From positions 1 through 43,424 of the IMG/VR virus record IMGVR_UViG_3300020045_010099: a stretch of DNA of 43,424 bases, one strand, 5' to 3'. This DNA comes from a virus. Its lineage: Duplodnaviria; Caudoviricetes. The translations under genes and the position numbers were made by a program. The notes below the pieces were generated by a model. That model was not told where the DNA came from. It ran no database searches and worked only from the letters and a program-made list of their open reading frames with translations. Of the stretch, positions 1 to 8,607 are shown piece after piece (positions within the stretch are counted from its first letter, which is position 1; each line of letters begins with the position of its first letter).

Positions 1-121
1 CTTAATAATGAAACCCTTGTTAGTGCTGCCATAGCTGAGTTACTATTTAACTCATAGTCATTTTCGATTGTGCCAGCCATTAGTCCTCCTTTTCCATCAG
101 CTCCAAAAAACTATTTACGCC
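1..121. repeat. Terminal direct repeat copy 1 (circular assembly overlap)
   Basis: Identical to 43304-43424 (CTTAATAATGAAACC...TATTTACGCC); the VRR-NUC/ligase gene junction reads continuously across it. Confidence 0.95.
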
Positions 122-364
122 ATCTATAGAATCCATAACAAGAACTTCTGCTCCCATTTTACGCAGATTTTCAATAGTCAATTCTTGCAAAGGTGTAGGC
201 TTTTTACCAGGGGCTTTGACTTCAACGAATACCATCTTTCCACCCGGAAATATGCACAGCCTATCAGGAACAGACCGGTTGCTTGGGGAAGTGAATTTGT
301 AGGCTTTTCCCCCTAATTTTTTAACGCCATTAACCAAACGAACTTCTATTGTTTTCTCTTTCAT
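80..364 (-). CDS. VRR-NUC domain nuclease
   Basis: EKTIE...YKFTSPSNRSVPDRL...FVEVKAPGKKPTPLQ is the typical VRR-NUC PD-(D/E)xK pattern; adjacent to PolA. Confidence 0.9.
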   Translation of the reverse strand: MKEKTIEVRLVNGVKKLGGKAYKFTSPSNRSVPDRLCIFPGGKMVFVEVKAPGKKPTPLQELTIENLRKMGAEVLVMDSIDGVNSFLELMEKED

Positions 365-372
365 TACACCTC

Positions 373-2271
373 CTATATTTTACGGTAACGTTTTTCCAGC
401 ATACCTTCTGCTCTCAATGGTATATCAAGAGCCCAAGCTGGATTAGTACACATGATCTTACAAAAGTCATCTAAACAATCAACTCCATCAGGTACTTCTG
501 CAATTACTTCATCATGAACTGACCCAATCAATTTATACCCCGCTTCATGAAGTTTGATTTTGCCATGTAATAGAAAATCTCTTGCAGTCGCTTGTATTAT
601 ATTTTCTGCAAATCTTCCAGGTATAATGCTTAATCGGTCCCATTTTTTAGTATAAGGATTAATACCCATTGCAGAAACTTCATTTCCGTATTTACCGTCC
701 CTAATTAAAGGAGAATTATAATACAAGGCTCTACCAGAGGGAATTGTTAACTTCAACCAAATCGTTTTAGTCCGGTCTTTTACGAGTTTGAACTTGCAAT
801 TATGTACTTTGAACTCTATTCCTGGATGACTAACAGCATTCATTGCTGCAGTTTTACAGGCGTACCAGAATTTAACAACTTTGTTATACTTTTCTCTGAA
901 AGTGTCTACCGCCCATATAGCTTCTTCTGTTGAGACATTTAGATCTCTGGCTTCTGCATACGCTTGAAACCCTACTCCTCCGAGGCCATACCCACACCCC
1001 AGTATTAACTGCTTACCAAAATACCTTTCACTATCACTTATTTCTTGACTCGGTTTCTTGTATAGAAATGATGCCATATCAACATACTGGTCAACAAGAT
1101 TGGCAAATTTAGTAACCGCCTCTTGGTCTTTAACAACCCACATAAGACTGATATACTCAATCGACGCAAAGTCAGCAGCGCATATTTTCCATCCTTCTGG
1201 TGCACAAATCATTCCTCGAATTATGGATTTAGCTGCATTTATAGGATTGTCTTCTATGATGGTGAGATCATAGAATTTATCTATAATAGGACTTGCATCT
1301 TTTACTTTTGACCTCGGCAGATTATGTAACTGAAATCCCATTCCAGACCATCTGCCTGTTCCAGCACCATAATACCGTAGATTATCATAGATTCGATTCT
1401 TATAGCATAGTTCTGACAATTTTAAGTACTTAGCTGTTGACGATTTTCCGAGTTCTTGCCTTAACTGCAATACCGTTCTAACATTTGGTTGCAGATCCAA
1501 TCTACTCAGAAGCTTAGTCACAGTCTCTGCCTGTAAATTTGGTGTTATGACTCCTTTGCTTTTCAGCCAGTCTACAATCCTTTTGCTCTGAGTCGGTTTT
1601 GTAACCTTACCCCCTGTTAAAGATGGCAGCATTTTGCTCATCTCTTCTTTGTAAGCGTTGGTTACATTAAGAATTTGTTTAACCGCCTTTATATCTATTG
1701 GAACTCCGGTATTATTTATCTTTGCAGTAAGTATCCAAGCTTTCTGTTCCAAGGGAGAAAGAACATCAGCTGGAAGTTTACTCTTGATCTCATGCATAGT
1801 TTCAACGTCTGTTTTACAGTATTCATAGAACTCTATCATGTCCTCCCTTGAATATTTGTAAGGAGGCATGCATATCAACTTCATCAAGTAAGACCCACGC
1901 TTATTCTTTTTGACAAGTGTAGCTAAGTCGTTTCCAGCTTCAGCTAACGACTGGTGAAAAGTGTACCGGCCACATAGGGCCATGACGTCTATCCAATTAT
2001 TTAAGTCAGTTTTTGGAAACCCATTCTTGCTGCCTAGGACATTCCATACGAAATAGTCAAATTTAGCATTAAAGGCATATAACGTGTGCTCTTTAATGTT
2101 ATCCATGAACTCAGGTTTAGGCATTCCAGGATGCCATAGTTGTACAGGGTCTTCTTCAATCTTGTAGGCCATACAAATTATACCAGCATCAGGGCTATAA
2201 ATATAGTTATGCATACCACGTGTTGTAAGATCCACACTACTTCTGGTTTCAAAGTCGATGTCTATTTTCAT
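373..2271 (-). CDS. Family A DNA polymerase with 3'-5' exonuclease (APSE/SPO2-like)
   Basis: Exo DFETRS and AFNAKFD; YYGAGTGRWSG; motif A ADFASIE; motif B RYFGKQLILGCGYG; motif C VHDEV. Start moved to MKIDIDFET (AAGGA SD). Confidence 0.95.
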   Translation of the reverse strand: MKIDIDFETRSSVDLTTRGMHNYIYSPDAGIICMAYKIEEDPVQLWHPGMPKPEFMDNIKEHTLYAFNAKFDYFVWNVLGSKNGFPKTDLNNWIDVMALCGRYTFHQSLAEAGNDLATLVKKNKRGSYLMKLICMPPYKYSREDMIEFYEYCKTDVETMHEIKSKLPADVLSPLEQKAWILTAKINNTGVPIDIKAVKQILNVTNAYKEEMSKMLPSLTGGKVTKPTQSKRIVDWLKSKGVITPNLQAETVTKLLSRLDLQPNVRTVLQLRQELGKSSTAKYLKLSELCYKNRIYDNLRYYGAGTGRWSGMGFQLHNLPRSKVKDASPIIDKFYDLTIIEDNPINAAKSIIRGMICAPEGWKICAADFASIEYISLMWVVKDQEAVTKFANLVDQYVDMASFLYKKPSQEISDSERYFGKQLILGCGYGLGGVGFQAYAEARDLNVSTEEAIWAVDTFREKYNKVVKFWYACKTAAMNAVSHPGIEFKVHNCKFKLVKDRTKTIWLKLTIPSGRALYYNSPLIRDGKYGNEVSAMGINPYTKKWDRLSIIPGRFAENIIQATARDFLLHGKIKLHEAGYKLIGSVHDEVIAEVPDGVDCLDDFCKIMCTNPAWALDIPLRAEGMLEKRYRKI

Positions 2272-2434
2272 AAGGATCCTTGTGTAGTTGAGGGGGCGAC
2301 TTTTTGAGCCACTGCTCACATGCATTTGTGCATATTTGATGCGCCCCTCAACTTTTGGTCAGATTTGATGGCTTATACAGTCCAGTACTGTATGCCATGG
2401 GAGGAAAGGCATTATAATTTTATATCAGCCTCAC

Positions 2435-3004
2435 TTAAAAAGGGATGTCATCTTCAAAGTCGGTTGAGTCTTCCTCATTGGTGAATGATGCAAAAGCATC
2501 TTCTGCTTTCATACGACCATCAAGTCTATCGCCTTCTTTCACCATCATAATATTATTGAGGCCAACTCCCACTCCACGATTGCCGACTTGATTGTAAGGG
2601 AAAAAATTTACATCCGCACGACCATAGCACCCACTGTAAAATTCATTTTCATCAAATATGGGCACAGGAGCTGAACCTTTCTGGGCTTTAACTACCCCAG
2701 GGCGGTTGTCAGATGATGCATTAAAGAAAAAATGTCCCTTATACTCAGGCCCACGATTTCCAGCTTCAAATTCTTCGTCTCCATCTCTGAGTGGAACCCT
2801 CAAGCTTTTAATCTGGGCTTTCGTGAATTTGTTAGTGTCAATACCCTTTTGAATTGCAGCATCAATAGCTGCTTGAAGTCCAGCTATGCCAGTAGTATCT
2901 GATTTCGGAATCAACAAGGATGCAGAAAATTTAAGTTGTCCTGACTGGTTGGCTCTTGCTTCGAATACTCTCAGGTACGAAAATCTTACTAATGGTGTTA
3001 TCAT
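2435..3004 (-). CDS. DUF2815 family ssDNA-binding/annealing protein
   Basis: VRFSYLRVFE, PLRDGD, FYSGCYGRA, GVGVGLNNI..K.G.RL.G and acidic tail ending DDIPF. Confidence 0.9.
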   Translation of the reverse strand: MITPLVRFSYLRVFEARANQSGQLKFSASLLIPKSDTTGIAGLQAAIDAAIQKGIDTNKFTKAQIKSLRVPLRDGDEEFEAGNRGPEYKGHFFFNASSDNRPGVVKAQKGSAPVPIFDENEFYSGCYGRADVNFFPYNQVGNRGVGVGLNNIMMVKEGDRLDGRMKAEDAFASFTNEEDSTDFEDDIPF

Positions 3005-3013
3005 TTTGATCTC

Positions 3014-3211
3014 CTATTCGTTGTTTTGTATGATTTCTTTGGCTTTGTTTTTGATGTAAATTTTGAGTCCATTTACAGTTTTGTCAATCTCATCTTTAAG
3101 ATTCGCATCATCAGCAATATCTTTTGATAGAGATACATCCAGTCTGATACTTTCATATGGCGCCGACTGGTACGTGCGGCCATATGATATTGTTACACGT
3201 CTTTCTGGCAT
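3014..3211 (-). CDS. Hypothetical protein
   Basis: 65 aa ORF tightly packed in the operon with GGAGG SD; PYESIRLD motif. Confidence 0.75.
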   Translation of the reverse strand: MPERRVTISYGRTYQSAPYESIRLDVSLSKDIADDANLKDEIDKTVNGLKIYIKNKAKEIIQNNE

Positions 3212-3212
3212 A

Positions 3213-3581
3213 TCACCTCCCCTCTGTTTTGTTTATTTTGGAATATCCACGGGCTATTCTATTATAATTCTCAGACATTTTGTTTTCAAATGCGTTTGCC
3301 AGAGTTTCATAATCAATCTCGAATATCTCGCAGATCCCGTTCAAGAAAAACAAACAGTCCACGACTTCATCTACAAGGTTGTCTATATTACACGTTTGGT
3401 CTTCCGTTTTTCTCCATGGCTTCCACGGAAAACTATCAACTATCTCTGATACTTCCATGAACAGGGCAAGAGAAAAATTTCTGGCATTGAGCAGTTTTTC
3501 TTCACGTGTCATCTCTTGTGCTGTATAACCCATAGCACTATGGTAATCCTGTATCACATCAAATGCTTCTTGCGAAATCAT
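3213..3581 (-). CDS. Dimeric (all-alpha) dUTPase / MazG-like NTP pyrophosphatase
   Basis: EVSE....PWKPW and DEVVDCLFF motifs, K..EN..R; ATGA overlap with the upstream gene. Confidence 0.85.
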   Translation of the reverse strand: MISQEAFDVIQDYHSAMGYTAQEMTREEKLLNARNFSLALFMEVSEIVDSFPWKPWRKTEDQTCNIDNLVDEVVDCLFFLNGICEIFEIDYETLANAFENKMSENYNRIARGYSKINKTEGR

Positions 3582-3991
3582 AGCTGTATCCACTCCCCTT
3601 CCCACAGTTCATAAGGTTCTGGGTATTTGTGTGCTGAATGAAACACAATTCTTCTGCATGATGTATTCATTATCATTCTTATACACACTATACATGGGCT
3701 CAATGTACAATAAATTGTATCAATCTCAAGGGGTTTAGTACATTGAATCAACGCGTTTTGTTCGGCATGAGCAGACACACACTTATTCTCTTTATTGAAT
3801 GTGGCCTTTAGGCATACTCCACACTCTGTACAGTGTACTATTCCTCTTGGCGCCCCGTTGTACCCAGACGATATGATGAAATTGTTGCTATCAGTAATTA
3901 TACAGCCCACTTGTTTATCAAGACAGGTAGACCGCTTACTTATGTCTATAGCCATTTGCATATATACGTGGTCTTTGCTACTTCTTTTCAT
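3578..3991 (-). CDS. dCMP deaminase (ComEB family)
   Basis: RSTC...VGC, SGYNGAP, HAEQNA and PCxxC zinc motifs. Confidence 0.93.
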   Translation of the reverse strand: MKRSSKDHVYMQMAIDISKRSTCLDKQVGCIITDSNNFIISSGYNGAPRGIVHCTECGVCLKATFNKENKCVSAHAEQNALIQCTKPLEIDTIYCTLSPCIVCIRMIMNTSCRRIVFHSAHKYPEPYELWEGEWIQL

Positions 3992-4012
3992 TCATCTACT
4001 CCTTCTTTTCAT

Positions 4013-4687
4013 TCATCTACTCCTGAAATGTTGCCAAACTTTGCCACACCCCATATACCCTTGATTGCACTTACCCAGATAGCATGGAGGTCCAAGAATA
4101 TCAGCATACTCAGGCCACCACTTTTGCACTTCCACCCACATCTTATACATGAGTATCAGCATTTCTTCAACATTTCTTAAGCAGCTTCGTTTCCTGAACA
4201 TCACATACAATGCTGAAGCATTCGTGGTGTACATCAAATTCACAGCTTTTGCATTTGTCAGCACCTGACGGGCCTCTTCTTTTGGCATACCATCGTTTAT
4301 CAGGTTCGTGTATGCTTCGTCTGAAGTTCTAAAGAGTTCGACCATTATACCAAGTTGAGTAACACTAATGTCTTGACTTACCATTTCTTTGTATGCTGAA
4401 TAGTTTTGATAATGCTGGCTCGCAGAAGTCTTGGACGCGAGTCTTTGGCGGGTTACTTGTGCCAGAAGAGACCTGGAAATGTTTTCAAACGTGAAACTTA
4501 TAATGGCGTGCTCAACCACTTCAGTATGCTCCGCGCTAAAAAGGAATCTTAAGGACTTAGCTGAAACTGGTTTACGCCTGTCAACAGAGCGTTTCATTGT
4601 CATGTCCATGGCTGCTTGGACTTCTACTCCAGGATTCGGAGTGGCCCAGTTTGTGGTCACTTCCATACTTCGATAGCTTTGTATCAT
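4013..4687 (-). CDS. thyX: Flavin-dependent thymidylate synthase ThyX-like (divergent motifs)
   Basis: H...EH, ISR...Q.TRQR.AS....SQHY (canonical RHR...SQRY), G.PKEEARQVL, terminal GPPC...C. Confidence 0.85.
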   Translation of the reverse strand: MIQSYRSMEVTTNWATPNPGVEVQAAMDMTMKRSVDRRKPVSAKSLRFLFSAEHTEVVEHAIISFTFENISRSLLAQVTRQRLASKTSASQHYQNYSAYKEMVSQDISVTQLGIMVELFRTSDEAYTNLINDGMPKEEARQVLTNAKAVNLMYTTNASALYVMFRKRSCLRNVEEMLILMYKMWVEVQKWWPEYADILGPPCYLGKCNQGYMGCGKVWQHFRSR

Positions 4688-4965
4688 AGGGCCCCCATTT
4701 TATCATAAATGAAGCACATATAGTGTGCTATCTTTAAAATGTCTCTTTTTTGTTCCACTTTACCGCGCACATTTGAATGTCTGCGGTTAAAATACCGTTC
4801 CACATTTTTCCAACAGTCATCAACAGAAAAACCATCTATTTGATCAACGTCAGAGTTGCCATATTGAGCAATTGTATAGTTTTTAATGTGGTCCATTACT
4901 TTAGTGGAGAAATCTTCCCACTGTTTTTCTCTGGAAAACTTGTCTTTAGTTGTCGTTTTGGCCAT
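4684..4965 (-). CDS. DUF3310/SaV-like small helical protein (possible nucleotide kinase-like)
   Basis: QYG...NVERY..R......EQKRDILKIAHY resembles the DUF3310 core; clustered with nucleotide enzymes. Confidence 0.5.
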   Translation of the reverse strand: MAKTTTKDKFSREKQWEDFSTKVMDHIKNYTIAQYGNSDVDQIDGFSVDDCWKNVERYFNRRHSNVRGKVEQKRDILKIAHYMCFIYDKMGAL

Positions 4966-4983
4966 TATTTCCTCCAGATATAA

Positions 4984-5013
4984 AAATAGGGCTATGCATC
5001 CACAGCCCTATTT
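4984..5013 (-). terminator. Rho-independent terminator
   Basis: AAATAGGGCT/AGCCCTATTT 10-bp stem with a U tract on the minus strand, just after 5048..5572. Confidence 0.75.
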
Positions 5014-5047
5014 AGTTTATACCTAATTAATTACAGGTATGCTGATT

Positions 5048-5572
5048 TTAGTTGAGATCGTCGTCATCAAGGTCCTCAAAGTCTTCACCTTCATCGAGAC
5101 CTTCAATTCCTTCATTGAAAGGTCCGTCACCGGGAACTTCAGCATCAGGGGCTTCAGCAGCCAAAGTTTCGGCCATGCCCAGTTCAATTTCCGCGATCTT
5201 AAGTTCAGCTTCAGCTTTGGTGAACTTCAGTTTGGTAAGAACATCTTCAGGAGAAGCTTCCAGCTTTTTGCTGGCGTTGTCATACGCAGACTGTGCTCTT
5301 TCAGCTCGTTTAGCAGCCTTTTTCTCTTTGTCAGCCGGGGAAAGAGCCGCATCACTCTTGGTGCCGGCAGTGCCACGCGTAGCTTCCCACTCATCAGCCG
5401 AAATGATCTTGAAAGTTCCGTCTTCCTGTTTCTGTGGGCATTTTCCGGTCATGCGAAGGTACGTAAACTGGGACGCCAGTCCTTTTTCTGTGGTCCCGGT
5501 GAGTGTAAGCAGTGACTCTTTCGTCGCTCCACCCTTCATAATAGCCTTATAGATCTCGTCTCTCATTGCCAT
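5048..5572 (-). CDS. Winged-HTH DNA-binding protein with helical hairpin and acidic tail
   Basis: N-terminal HTH (GLASQFTYLRMTG), Ala/Lys-rich helices, D/E-rich end; AGGAG SD, own promoter and terminator. Confidence 0.75.
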   Translation of the reverse strand: MAMRDEIYKAIMKGGATKESLLTLTGTTEKGLASQFTYLRMTGKCPQKQEDGTFKIISADEWEATRGTAGTKSDAALSPADKEKKAAKRAERAQSAYDNASKKLEASPEDVLTKLKFTKAEAELKIAEIELGMAETLAAEAPDAEVPGDGPFNEGIEGLDEGEDFEDLDDDDLN

Positions 5573-5620
5573 GGTAAAACTCCTTTCAAAATTATTATTG
5601 GTTAACTGTCATTTAAATAT

Positions 5621-5649
5621 AATATATCGTGTTCTAAACCAAAAGTACA
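5621..5649 (-). promoter_or_regulatory. sigma70-type promoter
   Basis: TGTACT-17bp-TATATT upstream of 5572. Confidence 0.55.
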
Positions 5650-5685
5650 CACATTATACCAATTTTGAGCTAAGTATATCCAATT

Positions 5686-6864
5686 TTATTCCAATATGTC
5701 CAAGTGCTGAACATTTTTAAAAACTTCAGTAGCGTCTGATTTTGGTGCAATTGCTGCACGCTTGTCATCCTCAAAAGCTAGGGTGACTTTACCTGGTGGG
5801 TTATGAAACAAGTTCATGAATTCTTTATTCTTTTTTAATTCTCTGGCTTCTGTCTCTATTTTAGATGGTGACTTCAATTTAGACTCAAACAGATCCTCAA
5901 TTTCTGTGTTTTCACTGAGCCATTTAACTGTTTTATCTTCGTCCACCCATTTCCTATTAGAGCGGCCCTCGACTAACTTGACGCCAGCTACGTTTCTTCC
6001 AAGTTGCAGTTCATCCGTTAAATATTTCACGATGGCGCTGATTGCACTCTCTACCAAAGGAGCCAATTTAAGTAGCTGGATAAGATCATTTGTAGAAGGA
6101 ACAGATGCAAGGGTTTCTTTGGCATAAAACAGTTTGCCCGCTATTTCGTTTGCTAAACCTATTGAAGCTGCACAGTGGTTTTTAGCCTCACACCATCTAC
6201 AAGTTTCAACAGTTGGGTTGAATTCACTCTGCCCCGACATACATTTACCAATAGCAATGGCGAGTTCTGAGTGGACCCAAGTGTAGAGCTCATCTATTGA
6301 TATTTCATACATGCTGAAGTTATCAATGGCTGGCTGTACCACGTGGATAATTGCTTTTTTAAAATTTGTTGGTTGGGAAATTTCTCCTGCAGCATAAGCC
6401 AGTAATTGCGGGTTCCTGAATGGGCTAACATATACCCCTTGCCCAAACTTCCAATCCATTATGTGAACTTCTTCTCGTATGAAGTCCTTGATTGAATAGT
6501 CAAGAGTTCCCCATACTTCAGGCAATCCCCACTCTTTCAGTGAAACTTTGTGCTCAGACTTATACATGTAGTTTTTGTGGCCTATGCCAGCAAAAATACT
6601 ATCTGCATAGTCTGCGCAGTCTTTTACCAGTGCTGCAGCCTCGCTTTCTACCATTTTAAGGGCTGATTCATTCCGCGGGCCGGGGCCGTTCACATAATAT
6701 CTCTCCATAACCGAATGTGCCAGGGTGCCGGCTTCTGCATATACACTTGCAGGTTTAGGTATTATCACTTTTTCCTCATACAGTGTACTTATGAGGCTTA
6801 CCGATTTGGGGCATCCAATGATGCGTTCCAATCGGGAAGGGCTGTAAGATGAGTGTTCCGCCAT
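5686..6864 (-). CDS. DUF2800 PD-(D/E)xK (Cas4-like) exonuclease
   Basis: HSSYSPS..RIIGCP, A.AGT.AH, WGTLD, DWKFGQG, NPQL.AYA, CRWC.AK..C, KLVEGRSNRKW. Confidence 0.9.
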   Translation of the reverse strand: MAEHSSYSPSRLERIIGCPKSVSLISTLYEEKVIIPKPASVYAEAGTLAHSVMERYYVNGPGPRNESALKMVESEAAALVKDCADYADSIFAGIGHKNYMYKSEHKVSLKEWGLPEVWGTLDYSIKDFIREEVHIMDWKFGQGVYVSPFRNPQLLAYAAGEISQPTNFKKAIIHVVQPAIDNFSMYEISIDELYTWVHSELAIAIGKCMSGQSEFNPTVETCRWCEAKNHCAASIGLANEIAGKLFYAKETLASVPSTNDLIQLLKLAPLVESAISAIVKYLTDELQLGRNVAGVKLVEGRSNRKWVDEDKTVKWLSENTEIEDLFESKLKSPSKIETEARELKKNKEFMNLFHNPPGKVTLAFEDDKRAAIAPKSDATEVFKNVQHLDILE

Positions 6865-7033
6865 ACTTTTTCCTTTCGTTTTGATGGGCTGAAATCAGCC
6901 TGTTTTGTCGTTATCGACCGTTCATGAAAAACATATATCCTTATATTAACTCTTAAATTTTAGCCTTTCGTGGTCGTTTTGAAAGGCTAAAAGTTAACAA
7001 TTAATACTTTTATAGTCTTTATTGATAAAAGTC

Positions 7034-7846
7034 TCAAACTAACAAGTCATTTGATTGGAATCCTGCCGCATGCTCATGTCCCCCTCCGCCATAAGCTTCA
7101 GCAATTTTAGACACGTCAATATTGGGGTTTTTAGAATAAAGGGAGTATTTGAAGCCATTCTTTGTTACACTGAACAAAATCATTATATCATGCCGCTCAG
7201 CATTGTAAACGCTGTCAAATATTAAAGAATTCATAAGAGCCCCATTTATTACAATGGCTTTATATTCCTCAAAATCTGTTGCATACGCCATGCTTTTAGC
7301 ATATTCCTCATTCTGTTTTTGTTGATACTTGTAAATTGCTACACCGTTTCTACAAATTGCCTCAATATATCTAGTGTCCTCACCTAAAATTGTTCCCCAG
7401 ATGCGTGAATGTGGCAAAGTTTTATTAATTGCTCTAATACCATACTGGAAAGGCAGTACTCGGGGATCTGTATGGTTCCATACATCATACTTTCCAAGCA
7501 ATGCTACACCCTCAGGAACGGGCTTTTGCTTATTATAGTATGCCCAAGCTAATTCACAGGCTGCTGTTCCTGTTTTTCGTACTCCGGGTATGGTTTTATG
7601 GACATTTTTGATACTCGACTTATGATGATCGATCCAAGTTAAACGGCACATGCTATGAAGCCAAAGCATTTCTTCTGGCTCAAATGAAAAATCAACAACA
7701 ATAATCCTCTCTTCTTTCTTTACAGCATACTTCATTAAAGAGTCATTATAGTCAACTCCCAGCATATCACAATAAGGGAAGCGTTGTTTGACAATCGCTG
7801 CTGAACACAGCCCGTCTAAGTCACTTTTATGATAGAAGCATTTCAT
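7034..7846 (-). CDS. DHH/DHHA1 family phosphoesterase (NrnB-like)
   Basis: YHKSDLDG, VDFS, WIDHHKS, YDVW, GGGGHEHAAGF. Confidence 0.92.
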   Translation of the reverse strand: MKCFYHKSDLDGLCSAAIVKQRFPYCDMLGVDYNDSLMKYAVKKEERIIVVDFSFEPEEMLWLHSMCRLTWIDHHKSSIKNVHKTIPGVRKTGTAACELAWAYYNKQKPVPEGVALLGKYDVWNHTDPRVLPFQYGIRAINKTLPHSRIWGTILGEDTRYIEAICRNGVAIYKYQQKQNEEYAKSMAYATDFEEYKAIVINGALMNSLIFDSVYNAERHDIMILFSVTKNGFKYSLYSKNPNIDVSKIAEAYGGGGHEHAAGFQSNDLLV

Positions 7847-7847
7847 A

Positions 7848-8021
7848 TTAGTCTCCATATTCCTCTTTGATTAGTCTTATTGCATGCCCTATGCAAGATC
7901 TGGCTGTTCTTAAATAGCCAACGGCCTCGAGTTCACATCCTTCAGTTTCTATATCTTCTCTGGCTTCTTCCATGGCACGCAAAGCTTTGTTTATTGTAGA
8001 ATCAATTTTAGTTTGCATCAT
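7848..8021 (-). CDS. Hypothetical protein (57 aa, not in ORF track)
   Basis: Read by hand: MMQTKIDSTINKALRAMEEAREDIE...EEYGD; ATGA overlap upstream, fills the operon gap. Confidence 0.6.
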   Translation of the reverse strand: MMQTKIDSTINKALRAMEEAREDIETEGCELEAVGYLRTARSCIGHAIRLIKEEYGD

Positions 8022-8212
8022 ATTATCCTTACATCACATGAGTCAAGCTCATTGTTAAAATAGGAATAGCAATACCCGAATTCCAAGTCAGCTTTCTTGG
8101 AGAATGCGAGTATTGCTAAGCGCTTAGCATGAGCTACAGAACTTCCGTGTTTAAAGAAGGTGTGTAGCTCGCCATACCAGTTAAGTTTCACTTTGTACAG
8201 GCGTTTCAGCAT
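8018..8212 (-). CDS. Hypothetical protein
   Basis: 64 aa ORF overlapping neighbours in the early operon. Confidence 0.65.
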   Translation of the reverse strand: MLKRLYKVKLNWYGELHTFFKHGSSVAHAKRLAILAFSKKADLEFGYCYSYFNNELDSCDVRII

Positions 8213-8450
8213 TCATGCATTCCTCAATTGTGTCATACAGTTTATTTAAGTCTGTCTGGAACGCTAAAAATCCCCGCCCATCAATATACAACGAATACAC
8301 TATTCTTAATGTCCCTGTATGATAGGCGTTTGTTTCAACTGTAATAGATGTATATCTGTCGTGCTTATCACATACTTTTCTCGCGATTTCAGTCATCGTT
8401 TTTACTGATAATGCCCTTTGCCGATTTACTTTAAAAATTTGTTTTTTCAT
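8181..8450 (-). CDS. Hypothetical protein
   Basis: GGAGG SD before MKKQIF start. Confidence 0.65.
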   Translation of the reverse strand: MKKQIFKVNRQRALSVKTMTEIARKVCDKHDRYTSITVETNAYHTGTLRIVYSLYIDGRGFLAFQTDLNKLYDTIEECMNAETPVQSET

Positions 8451-8607
8451 GGGCCTCCAGGTTTTCATGGTTACTTCCAGTTAGTATTATCTCGGTCATT
8501 TCTACAACATCACAGGGATGTATCGGTAATTTACGGGGGGCTGCATAGTACTTAGGGTTATACGTCACCCGCACACTGTCATCGTTACATATCAGGACAA
8601 CTTTCAT
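8431..8607 (-). CDS. Hypothetical protein (58 aa, not in ORF track)
   Basis: Read by hand: MKVVLICNDDSVRVTYNP...EKTNF; GGAGG SD, ATGA overlap. Confidence 0.55.
   Translation of the reverse strand: MKVVLICNDDSVRVTYNPKYYAAPRKLPIHPCDVVEMTEIILTGSNHENLEAHEKTNF

Noticed and set aside
1-121. Biological direct terminal repeat
   Set aside because: It falls inside coding sequence and 121 nt is consistent with an assembler k-mer overlap; it shows circularity only
5039-5552. Long plus-strand ORFs 5039..5515 and 5052..5552 (and similar antisense ORFs elsewhere)
   Set aside because: Shadows of codon-biased genes on the opposite strand; Ser-rich low-information translations with no SD
5686-6864. Cas4 indicating a CRISPR system
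   Set aside because: It is the common stand-alone DUF2800 nuclease of PolA/DUF2815 replication modules; there is no array or other cas gene
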